From assembly GCA_020441905.1 (NCBI GenBank), contig JAGRLG010000072.1, positions 10,973 to 74,972 on the forward strand: a stretch of DNA of 64,000 nucleotides. The letters run 5' to 3'. This DNA is from Rhodobiaceae bacterium (lineage in GTDB: Bacteria; Pseudomonadota; Alphaproteobacteria; Rhizobiales; NORP267). The notes beneath the pieces were generated by a model. The model saw only the letters and a list, made by a program, of their open reading frames with translations. It ran no database searches and was not told the origin of the DNA. Numbering within the stretch: position 1 is the stretch's first letter; each line of letters begins with the position of its first letter. Position numbers and translations under genes: made by a program. Shown piece after piece: positions 56,701 through 64,000 of the stretch.

Positions 56701-58372
56701 GATTGAGGGTCGCTTCGATATCGGCGGTCAGCGAGCCCAGGGATTCATTGATCTCGGCGCCGGTGCTGGTCAGCGAGCGCACGATCTCGCTGCCGCGGCC
56801 GACTATGGATTCGGCCAGCGACTCGCTGCTCGACGCGAGGGACGATGTCAGCTTGGCGGCGCGGTTGTCGATAGTCTCCGCGAGGCGCTCGCTGGCTTCG
56901 GAAATGATCCGCGAAATGCTGCCGGCGGCATCGGAAAGATCGCGGCTGAGGCCCTCATGGGTCTGGCTGATCTCCTGGCGGATGCGCTCGGAGTGGGAGG
57001 CGATGGCCTCGCGCTCGGCGGCCAGTTCCTCGACGAGGCGGCGGATGCGCATCTCGTTGTCGCCATAGGAGCGCTCCAGCGCCGCGACTTCGCCGTTGAC
57101 GAGGGCTTCCAGCTCGCCGGCCCGGGCGATCGCCCGCTCGACGCCGTCGCCCATGGCGGCGACTTCGCGGCGAATGGCCTGGCCGACGGATGCGACGCCG
57201 TCGGTGGCGATCTTCTCGGGTTCGACCAGACGCACCGTCGCCTCGGTCAGCGACGAGGCCAGCAGGCGCAGATCCTGGGTGCGCCAGACCAGGGTCGCGA
57301 GGGCAAAGAACAACAGGACGGGCAAGACCGCGCTGGCGGCAAGAATCGGCAGGGCCGGCGTCGATGCCAAGTCGGCGACGCCGGACAGGCCGGGAGTGGC
57401 GGGAATGTAGACCAGCGACGTATAGGCAATGATTCCGGCGATCCAGAGCACGGAAACGAACAGGGCGGCCCAGAAAGGCGATTTCGACGGGCGGCGGTGC
57501 ATCGAGGACAGCACGGCGCCGACGCCGGGCCTGTCGTCATTGGCCGGCTGCGCGGCGCGCGGCGCGCCGGAAGGCGGCTGCGGCTTCTTGCCGGCTGGCC
57601 GGGGCAGCACATCGGCGCGGGCGGGCGGCATCTGCGGCCGGGCGGGCTGGGCGCCGGCCTTGGGCGCCGGGCCGCGTTCGGGGAATTTCAAGGTATCGGC
57701 GCTGGCGTCGGCGCCGGCATCTTGAGATTTCGCCCGCACGTCGAAATGAGGCGGCATAAGCGCGGCGGTCGCGGTTTCGGTCTGGCCCGGCGCGGCGCCG
57801 GCCTTGGCGCTGGTGCCGACAGCAAGTTCGATGGCCCGTTCCAGAGAATTGGCGGCGCGGTCGAGATCCGTGGGTTCTGAAGCGGCGGGGGCCTTTGCCG
57901 GATGGGCGGCAGCAGTGGAGGCGGGCGACGGGGATGCGCCCTCGCTGGCATCCTTGGCATTGGCGCTGGAGGTGCTGGAGGCGACGGACGTGCTGGCGGA
58001 CTTGGCGCCGGTTCCTTTCGCCGCGGCCTCGCCGGTGCCTTCTTTCGCGCCGGTCTTTTCGCTGGCGGCGGTTTCGTCCTGGCCTGCGATCTGGCCTGCG
58101 ATCTTGTCCTTGCCTTCGGGGCTATCGCCGGCCTTGGGCCCCTTGCGATCCCCGGGGGACGTGTCGCCCGACGGCTCATCGGGTGACTTGTCCGCCGCGC
58201 CTGGTGCCGTGCCTGGCGCGCCACCGTCGGCTTTAAGCTGGCCCGCGGGACCTTCTCCCGAAACAGCTTCAGCCTGTCCGCCATCGTCATGACCGGACGC
58301 GGGGTCGGTCTTCGCCTTCGCCTCTTCCGGGAAAGCCTCGTCCTTGACCAATTTCGGGTTGTGTTGCGCCAT
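53792..58372 (-). CDS. giant membrane-anchored helical-repeat protein (apolipoprotein-like 11-mer/55-mer repeats; GPR/RgsE-like candidate)
   Basis: 1526 aa. Residues 1-295 are low-complexity Ala/Gly/Pro/Lys/Glu/Ser. Two TM helices span about residues 298-365 (57278..57481). About 1000 aa of helical repeats follow. The C-terminal domain looks conserved (...YRSDREFRDTVDRYVDDFEQLIE...TYLTSDTGKVYLMLAHASGRLE). Coding-type codon usage throughout. Confidence 0.8.
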   Translation of the reverse strand: MAQHNPKLVKDEAFPEEAKAKTDPASGHDDGGQAEAVSGEGPAGQLKADGGAPGTAPGAADKSPDEPSGDTSPGDRKGPKAGDSPEGKDKIAGQIAGQDETAASEKTGAKEGTGEAAAKGTGAKSASTSVASSTSSANAKDASEGASPSPASTAAAHPAKAPAASEPTDLDRAANSLERAIELAVGTSAKAGAAPGQTETATAALMPPHFDVRAKSQDAGADASADTLKFPERGPAPKAGAQPARPQMPPARADVLPRPAGKKPQPPSGAPRAAQPANDDRPGVGAVLSSMHRRPSKSPFWAALFVSVLWIAGIIAYTSLVYIPATPGLSGVADLASTPALPILAASAVLPVLLFFALATLVWRTQDLRLLASSLTEATVRLVEPEKIATDGVASVGQAIRREVAAMGDGVERAIARAGELEALVNGEVAALERSYGDNEMRIRRLVEELAAEREAIASHSERIRQEISQTHEGLSRDLSDAAGSISRIISEASERLAETIDNRAAKLTSSLASSSESLAESIVGRGSEIVRSLTSTGAEINESLGSLTADIEATLNRRHADLNETLKNESAALDDLLATRTSSLTESISQGTAQLGDTLVGHTSGLTEAISLGAQQIGEAINTRSAGLAQVMSESTAQLNETLDARTSTFLHAITEGSARMGEVLDTRMTSVTASLNEKIQQANQTLGVSAQEIGDTLDARAAQFNEAIAEGTMRLGDTIDTRMSTVTSALDEKIALANDTLGIGAEQIANTLQARADGFRDAVANTAAHLDETLSTRTASFTQALSEGTELLGHTIDTRMATVTGTLNTRIEEANESLGARAQQIGDTLSGQIGRIDRLLTERGSELSATIGARASEVLTTLVARSSEIDSRLQQQLVALETTLNEQGPQAAQRFEQAAAELGRTLTERAGEVTDTVTRSAAELSGRMDHVNEALGQRIERLDGLVNTQAAEMIGNLGERGDQVAEKLRGAGDDITRSLSATGEQITAALTRSGDVAAERMSAGAERMIAAVTDTNQKMSDDFESVVERMVAANDALNDILASASNNLISVEEGLAARASEFRMAIDGAVNETDRTSSLISRQVDALRQISEVVLKDVTELASRFDEQGKVLQVAAGAIDHSNERMNDALRERHAALAELSRSIAGKVEDVDALMGNVGEMVAGSLSNAERLASEIGAILAERAAETARAIESEYQRLQGSADDQTQRTSEAMREHYAQVQDEIQRMLTSSRAQFEDMTRQVRNASQEVARELEATRAELSRGVLDMPEEARESTTAVRRMVTEQIKALDELSAIISRHGRSLELSSAEPAAARRRPAAAPQKVAAAPIEPAPRAEAELPRNPARQRTGEQRPSASGKWSLPDLLARAGSDDAAAPAHRDTARDPAPAEAAPARRAGRNEPAGETDRSPLHVVESLNSLSVDLARALDHEAPAELWERYRRGERGVFTRRLYTLRGQRTFDEIAQKYRSDREFRDTVDRYVDDFEQLIESVSRNDRDNMLTQTYLTSDTGKVYLMLAHASGRLE

Positions 58373-58816
58373 ATGCCGGTTCCGCCGCTTTCCGCTCTAC
58401 TCAATACTTTTCCGCGGTGGCCGCCCCGGTTCTGAGGGCAGCCTTCCCCTGCTTATCGCGACGGGTCATGCAAAAGACAATCTTGCGTTCTTCGCCCGAT
58501 TCCGCGCGCAGATGGGAAACCGGTTGGCCGCATGATTTCCGCCGCCAGCCAGGTTCGCCTCCTCGCGACCCGCCAGCTTGCGACAAATGCCGGATTTCCC
58601 CACATGCGGCATGTTAGCCGCAAGTCCGGAGCGAGAAAACAGCATATTTGGCATTTGATTAACGCTGTGGGCAACTATGCGGGCCGCAGCGCTCCTGCCG
58701 GTCCGGCCGGCAGCGTCCTTTAACCCGATGTTATCGCGCTCCCGCTAGGGTGTTTCCAATGGTGCTGGAGGCATCGGCGGAATGGACGCACACGCCAGGG
58801 GAAATAGGAGGACGGG

Positions 58817-59215
58817 ATGGCAAGCGCAGCGGTGCTTGAAATTGAAGATCACATGAATCCGCACGCGGTTCAGCCTCAGGCCAGCGGCCGTCCGGTGGAT
58901 CTGGTTCATCTGTCGCGCTTCACGCTCGGCGATGACAAGCTTCAGCGCGAGGTGTTGCAACTGTTTCGGGTGCAGGCAAACCTGTTTCTCGAACGCCTGG
59001 AATCGGCGGGCGACGTGACCAAATGGCATGAGGCGGCTCATACCATCAAGGGTTCGGCGCGCGGCATCGGCGCCTGGTCGGTCGCCAAGGCAGCCGAGGG
59101 TGCGGAACAGCTCAACGGTCCGGCGAGCCAGCGGGCGGCAGAGGCGCTCGATGCACTCAGGTCGGCGGTTTGCGACGCCACCAAATATATCGATCGCCTG
59201 CTGGCCGAGCACTAG
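58817..59215 (+). CDS. single-domain histidine phosphotransfer (Hpt) protein
   Basis: 132 aa with the HTIKGSARGIG phosphorylatable-His motif in a four-helix-type sequence. AGGAGG precedes ATG 58817. Confidence 0.8.
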   Translation: MASAAVLEIEDHMNPHAVQPQASGRPVDLVHLSRFTLGDDKLQREVLQLFRVQANLFLERLESAGDVTKWHEAAHTIKGSARGIGAWSVAKAAEGAEQLNGPASQRAAEALDALRSAVCDATKYIDRLLAEH

Positions 59216-59455
59216 GCCCGGGCCCGGCCTGCGGCCGGGACGAATTTCGCCGAAAAAGCTCTGCTCTCGGCGCCGCAGGCTGCGAAGACCACTGGCTGCC
59301 GGCCGGCGATGCGGCTGCCCGATTGGCGAGCGGTGCCAAATAGCGCGCCAGGTTCCAGGCGGCGGGCTGGACATCGCGCGGTGCCGGGGATAGGAACGCC
59401 ATTCACGTCAATGCCGGTGCGGGTGATTGTCAGCCTTACCGTGTGGGACAGGGCC

Positions 59456-59776
59456 ATGGCGCAGATTACCTTCGTGCTTCCGGACGGCGAACGCCGGATC
59501 ATAGACGCCAAGGCGGGCGAGAGCGTCATGGACGCGGCGATCCGCCACAATATCCCCGGAATCGAGGCCGAGTGCGGCGGCGGCTGCACCTGTGCCACCT
59601 GCCATATCTACATCGATGGCGACTGGAGCAAGGCACTCGGCATCCCTTCCGAAGAAGAGGAAGACATGCTGGATTTCGTCTATGCGGTGAAGGCGACCAG
59701 CCGCCTGTCCTGCCAGATCCACCTCAGCGACGATCTCGACGGGCTGGTGGTGCATATTCCGCGGCGCCAGCTTTAG
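59456..59776 (+). CDS. 2Fe-2S ferredoxin (adrenodoxin/putidaredoxin type)
   Basis: 106 aa with C-x5-C-x2-C (CGGGCTCATC) and a distal Cys in RLSCQI. Trimmed to ATG 59456. Confidence 0.9.
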   Translation: MAQITFVLPDGERRIIDAKAGESVMDAAIRHNIPGIEAECGGGCTCATCHIYIDGDWSKALGIPSEEEEDMLDFVYAVKATSRLSCQIHLSDDLDGLVVHIPRRQL

Positions 59777-59783
59777 GCGAGCC

Positions 59784-59817
59784 GCGCCGCGCGCCAGACT
59801 GCGCCGCGCGCCAGACT
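59784..59817 (+). repeat. perfect 17-bp tandem duplication (GCGCCGCGCGCCAGACT x2)
   Basis: Direct reading: 59784..59800 equals 59801..59817. Starts 8 nt after the ferredoxin stop. Confidence 0.9.
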
Positions 59818-59937
59818 GGGCTGCGCATGGTTTTGCAATAATTAAAATGTCGGGCTTCCTTTCGCGCTCCGCCACGTTTACAAATTGTCGAAGCGTTGCA
59901 GTTGTTTGCAGCGGCGCGGAAGGGGAGCCTTAATCTG

Positions 59938-60969
59938 GTGAGTGACAGAGTTGAAACCGATGCCGTGATCATTGGCGCCGGGCCGGTTGGCCTGTTCGCG
60001 ATCTTTGAGCTCGGGCTGTTGGGATATTCCAGCCATATCATTGACATCCGCACCAAGCCGGGCGGCCAATGCGCCGAGCTTTACCCGGAAAAGCCGATCT
60101 ATGACATTCCGGCGCTGCCCAAGGTTACCGGGCAGGAGCTGACCGACCGTCTGATCGAGCAGGCCCAGCCTTTCGAACCTGTCTTCCATTTCTCGCAGAT
60201 GGTTCAGGCCATGGAGAAGCTGCCCGACGGGCGCTTCCTGGTCACCACCGACGCCGATCTGGAGGTGGTCGCCAAGGTGGTGGTGATCGCCGCCGGCGGC
60301 GGCAGTTTCCTGCCCAAGAGGCCGCCGATCGACAACATCGAGGCCTATGAAGGCAAGTCGGTGTTCTATGCGGTGCGGCGCATGGAGGAATTCCGCGATC
60401 ATAATGTGGTGATTGTCGGCGGCGGCGACTCCGCGCTCGACTGGACCTTGTCGCTGGAGCCGGTTGCGTCCCGTGTCACGCTCATTCACCGGCGCCCGGA
60501 ATTCCGCGCCGCGCCCGACAGCGTCGCCAAGCTTCAGGAGCTGATCGCGGCCGGCAAGGTCGATTTCATCCTGGGCCAGGTCGAGGACCTGGTGGGCAAG
60601 GATGGCGAGCTTTCGGCCATTCACGTCAAGAAGAAGGAAGATGGCGCCGTCGTCGAACTGGCCTGCGAGCGGATGCTGCCCTTTTTCGGCCTGACGGTGA
60701 AACTGGGGCCGATCGCCGACTGGGGGCTGAATCTCAACGAGGAGCGGTTGCCGGTCGACACCTCGGATTTTTCCACCAGCGAGCCGGGCATCTTCGCCAT
60801 CGGCGACATCGTCACCTATCCCGGCAAGGTCAAGCTAATCCTGTCCGGTTTCCACGAGGCGGCGCTGATGGCCCATGGCGTGTTCAAGCACATCAACCCG
60901 GAAACGCGGCTTGTGCACCAGCACACGACATCATCGTCGAGCCTGCAAAAGCGCCTCGGCGTGTCCTGA
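59938..60969 (+). CDS. thioredoxin-reductase-like ferredoxin-NADP(+) reductase
   Basis: FAD motif VIIGAGPVGLFA, NADPH motif VVIVGGGDSALDW and GIFAIGD. GTG 59938 after AAGGGGA gives 343 aa. Confidence 0.88.
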   Translation: MSDRVETDAVIIGAGPVGLFAIFELGLLGYSSHIIDIRTKPGGQCAELYPEKPIYDIPALPKVTGQELTDRLIEQAQPFEPVFHFSQMVQAMEKLPDGRFLVTTDADLEVVAKVVVIAAGGGSFLPKRPPIDNIEAYEGKSVFYAVRRMEEFRDHNVVIVGGGDSALDWTLSLEPVASRVTLIHRRPEFRAAPDSVAKLQELIAAGKVDFILGQVEDLVGKDGELSAIHVKKKEDGAVVELACERMLPFFGLTVKLGPIADWGLNLNEERLPVDTSDFSTSEPGIFAIGDIVTYPGKVKLILSGFHEAALMAHGVFKHINPETRLVHQHTTSSSSLQKRLGVS

Positions 60970-60996
60970 CCGCCACGGTTTTCAGCCGGTTGAGAG

Positions 60997-62244
60997 CTAT
61001 TCGGCGGCGAGCGGTTTTTCGCCGGCCTTCGGCTTTTCGTCCAGCCATGGCACGCGCCCGGCGGGAAGCAGGGTTTCGCGGCCGGCCTCGGGATGGCGCG
61101 GCACCAGCAGCGCCAGCAGAAGCGAAATTCCCGCCATGCCGGCACCCATCATGAATACCGCGGTGGAACTCCACAGCCAGACCAGGCCGAAGCCGACAGG
61201 GATGACGATGGCGGCGATGTGGCTGATGGAAAAGGCGACCCCGGCGGTGGGCGCAATGTCGGCCGGATCGGCGATCTTCTGGAAATAGGTGCGCATGGCG
61301 ATGGCCATGGCGAAGAAGACATGGTCGGCGACATAGAGCGATCCGGCAACGAGGCCCGAGCTGGCCAGCCCGTAACCGGCAAAGATGACCACCAGGCCGC
61401 AATATTCGGTAATCAACACGCGGCGCTCGCCGAAGCGGCCGATCATGGCGCCGATATAGGGCGCGAGGATGGTATTGAGGACCTGGTTGAGGAAATAGAG
61501 CGCGGCCACGGCGGGCACCGAAAAGCCGAAACGCTCGACCAGCAGGAAACCGGCGAAGACGACGAAGATCTGGCGCCGGGCGCCGCTCATGAACACCAGG
61601 GCGTAATAGAGCCAGTAGCGGCGGCGCAGGAACAGCGTCTTGCGCTGGGGTACCGCTTCCTTGAACTGGGGAAAGGCGATCCACAGCCCCGCGGCGATGA
61701 GGAGCGTGACGCCGCCAGCCAGCAGATAGAGGGCGAGAAAATCCATCCCCGCCAGCTTCCACAGGACATAGACCAGGGCATAGCCAAGGATTGCGGCGAA
61801 GGAAGAGGCGCCGACGATGCGGCCCAGCATGCGCGGCGCTTCCGCCTTGGCCAGCCATTGCAGCGAAAGCGACTGCGACATCGTCTCGTAATAGTGGAAG
61901 CCCACCGACATGATGAGGGTGGTCAGGCACAGGCCCCAGAAGCTGGGCAGGAAGCCGGTGAGGGCGACGCCGAAGCCGAAGAGGCCCAGCGACACCAGCG
62001 CGAAACGCTGTTCGCGGATCAGCAGCAGGACGAAGACGGCGGTAAAGGCAAGAAAGCCGGGGATTTCACGAACCGATTGCAGGGCGCCTATCTCGGCGCC
62101 GGAAAAACCGGCCTCGCGGATGGCAAAATTGTTGAGCAGCGTCATCCACACCGCATTGGCGAACTGCATGGCGCCGGCCATGATGAGCAGCATCGCGGCG
62201 GGGGTGCGCGAGAAGCGGAACGCGGATGCGACAATTTGGCCCAT
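60997..62244 (-). CDS. MFS transporter
   Basis: 415 aa with about 12 hydrophobic segments and an MFS-like loop (LIREQRF, RRRYW). Confidence 0.8.
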   Translation of the reverse strand: MGQIVASAFRFSRTPAAMLLIMAGAMQFANAVWMTLLNNFAIREAGFSGAEIGALQSVREIPGFLAFTAVFVLLLIREQRFALVSLGLFGFGVALTGFLPSFWGLCLTTLIMSVGFHYYETMSQSLSLQWLAKAEAPRMLGRIVGASSFAAILGYALVYVLWKLAGMDFLALYLLAGGVTLLIAAGLWIAFPQFKEAVPQRKTLFLRRRYWLYYALVFMSGARRQIFVVFAGFLLVERFGFSVPAVAALYFLNQVLNTILAPYIGAMIGRFGERRVLITEYCGLVVIFAGYGLASSGLVAGSLYVADHVFFAMAIAMRTYFQKIADPADIAPTAGVAFSISHIAAIVIPVGFGLVWLWSSTAVFMMGAGMAGISLLLALLVPRHPEAGRETLLPAGRVPWLDEKPKAGEKPLAAE

Positions 62245-62327
62245 GAGGGCGGAGTATCAGGCCGCCGGGATACTGGCAATCACTGATTTGTTGTGCGCTG
62301 TGGCATTCTTGGCACTGCACTAACAAT

Positions 62328-62360
62328 GGGGCGCGGACCGCAGGCTGCGGTCCGCGCCCC
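62328..62360 (-). terminator. strong GC hairpin after the VWA gene (probable terminator)
   Basis: GGGGCGCGGACCGCAG-G-CTGCGGTCCGCGCCCC. On the minus strand it is followed by ATTGTT, a weak U-tract. Confidence 0.55.
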
Positions 62361-62385
62361 CGGGGCGTTCGACGGCCTGCACAGT

Positions 62386-64000
62386 TTACATTTCGGCCTC
62401 GACCATGGTGCCGGCGGGTATCTCTATTTCCTCGGCGACGGTGAAGCGCTCGCCGCCCTCCGGCTGGTATTCCAGCCGGTAGCGGCCTGGAAGTAGCGGG
62501 AACGGCCCCCAATTATTGGTTATCGAGGCCTCTTTCTCGCTGTCCAGGTTGACCGCGTAGATGGTGTGGCGCGGGTCTTTCTTGTCGGAAAGGAACCTGA
62601 TGCCAGAGGTAAAGCCGGCGTCGGCATAGCCCTGTTCGGGGACAGTGATCTCGCCCCAGTCGGATTCCGACCAGCCATGCTCCTTGTAACGCAAGGTGAG
62701 CTTGTATTTGCCGGGCGCCAGGATGACCGGGCCGCGCTTTGCAAAAAGCATTTCTCGGCCTTCCTCGCTGGTGATTTTGAGATAATAGAGGCTGTCTGCG
62801 CCCCATTCCTCCGCCCATTGCAGGTTCAGCCCCTGGTCGAGCATGACATCATTCAGCTTGCCCGGCTCGATCCTGATGCGGCCCAGATCGGCCTCCGACC
62901 AGCCATGTTCGCCCTGGCGCAGCACCAGGCGGTAATCGCCGGGCGGCACCGGAACCGGATCCCAGATCCAGTAATAGGCGGCGACCTCGCGTTTGCGGAA
63001 AGGCTTGTCCAACTCGCCCTCATCGGCGATGAGCTGGTAGTAATAGGGGCGCTGCAGGCCCTCTGGCGGCACCATGCGGATGCCGGTGTCGACGGCGACC
63101 TCCTGCGTTTCGCCCGCCTTGACGGTGACGACCATCGGCAGCTGCACTTCAGCGGCGCCATGTTCGACCTGGCGCCAGGCAATCTGATAGGTGCCGGGCT
63201 TGACAGTGAGTTCCATCTTGCCGGTTTCGGCTATCGTTTCGCCGGTTTCCGCGTCCAGCAGCTTCCAGTATTTCGGCGGCTTGGCCCAGGGAGCAAGCTT
63301 CAGGGCAACCGTTCCGGGGCCGGCAATCTTTATCTTCAGGCTTTTTGCTGTGGCCTTGACTTCGGGTGCCTTGACCTCCTTGACCGGTTCGGGAAGCGGC
63401 TCGTTCCTGGTGATGGTGTTATTGACTTCGGCAAGCGCGCTATTGAGGCCGCTGGCATCATTGGCGGTAAAATAGCCGCCGCGCCCTTTTTCCGCGATAC
63501 AGGCCAATTGGGCGGCGGCACTGGTGTCAACGTCATAGCCGACGACATGAATGGTGAGATTGGCATCGGCGCCGGCGAGGCTCGCGGCTACCGCGCAAGG
63601 ATCGCCGCCGCAGGTCTCTATGCCGTCGGAGACGAGAACCAGAGAGCGTTTGCCCGGCGCGCCGGAAAGCACCTTGGCGCCGTCCATCAGCGATTGCGAA
63701 ATCGGGGTCTTGCCGCGCGGGGAGAGGCGGCGCGCAAGATCGGCGGCGGTTGCCGCCTTGCCCGCTTGCGGCGCCTGCAAAAGCTCAATATCGCCGCAAT
63801 CGCCCTTGCGGCGGTGGCCATAGGCCATCAGGCCAACGGGGAGGCTGTCGCCTGAGTTGGCAAACAGGCCGCCAATGGCCGTCTTGGCCGCTGAAATCTT
63901 GGCCTGGCCGTCTGGCAGACGGCCCCACATCGAGCCGGAGGCATCGAGGATGAACAACGCCGCGCCTTGCCCGGATGCGTTTTCCTTTGCGGCGTTATCC
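62386..64000 (-). CDS. VWA-domain protein with four C-terminal tandem beta-sandwich-like modules (5' end outside window)
   Basis: MIDAS motif DASGSM in FILDASGSMWG. The VWA core runs to about 63270. Four repeats then carry a PGxYxLxxR..EHGWSE type motif (62389..63270). The frame stays open to the window edge, so the track M at 63957 is an internal TTG. Confidence 0.85.
   Translation of the reverse strand, partial: DNAAKENASGQGAALFILDASGSMWGRLPDGQAKISAAKTAIGGLFANSGDSLPVGLMAYGHRRKGDCGDIELLQAPQAGKAATAADLARRLSPRGKTPISQSLMDGAKVLSGAPGKRSLVLVSDGIETCGGDPCAVAASLAGADANLTIHVVGYDVDTSAAAQLACIAEKGRGGYFTANDASGLNSALAEVNNTITRNEPLPEPVKEVKAPEVKATAKSLKIKIAGPGTVALKLAPWAKPPKYWKLLDAETGETIAETGKMELTVKPGTYQIAWRQVEHGAAEVQLPMVVTVKAGETQEVAVDTGIRMVPPEGLQRPYYYQLIADEGELDKPFRKREVAAYYWIWDPVPVPPGDYRLVLRQGEHGWSEADLGRIRIEPGKLNDVMLDQGLNLQWAEEWGADSLYYLKITSEEGREMLFAKRGPVILAPGKYKLTLRYKEHGWSESDWGEITVPEQGYADAGFTSGIRFLSDKKDPRHTIYAVNLDSEKEASITNNWGPFPLLPGRYRLEYQPEGGERFTVAEEIEIPAGTMVEAEM

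Noticed and set aside
58720-58734. TTAA-N7-TTAT as a CtrA binding site.
   Set aside because: It is a single one-mismatch occurrence in AT-poorer DNA and could arise by chance. It is mentioned only as a hypothesis within the intergenic-region finding, not annotated as a feature.

Overview
A GC-rich, densely coding chromosomal segment. Gene content and order (sspB, thyA-folA, hflKC-DUF2065-degP, serB/miaA, ilvIH-pdxJ-ilvC, leuA, thiMED, cysH-cysI, mlaEFD) look like an alphaproteobacterium of the Hyphomicrobiales/Rhizobiales type. All product calls come from conserved motifs I recognise in the translated ORFs, not from database searches. Many ORF-track entries are 5'-extended, so I re-anchored starts on in-frame ATG/GTG codons preceded by a Shine-Dalgarno-like sequence. 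Many long ORFs are antisense shadows typical of high-GC DNA and were discarded.

Four non-coding genes or elements are invisible to the ORF track:
- a two-piece (circularly permuted) tmRNA directly upstream of sspB
- tRNA-Lys(CUU)
- a TPP riboswitch in front of thiMED
- a Val/Ile/Leu leader-peptide attenuator in front of ilvIH

Other content:
- A partial phenylacetate (paa) cluster interrupted by a CDF metal exporter and a GDCCVxC cysteine-rich protein.
- A sulfate-assimilation operon, DUF2849-cysI-DUF934-cysH.
- Scattered orphan signalling genes: PilZ, a soluble MCP, a CheZ-like protein and an Hpt protein.
- A 1526-aa membrane-anchored protein with apolipoprotein-like repeats.
- A VWA protein with four tandem beta-type modules, truncated at the right edge of the window.

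I found no rRNA, CRISPR array, transposase, integrase or phage genes, and no clear defence island.

The candidates most worth follow-up are:
- the ssrA-sspB pairing, together with an aberrant tmRNA T-loop
- an orphan TRAP solute-binding gene fused onto the TPP-riboswitch-controlled thiMED operon
- the giant GPR/RgsE-like repeat protein
- the GNAT-RimK(RLAN) pair
- the CheZ-like protein
- the VWA multi-module protein

None of these can be called a proven new system from sequence alone.
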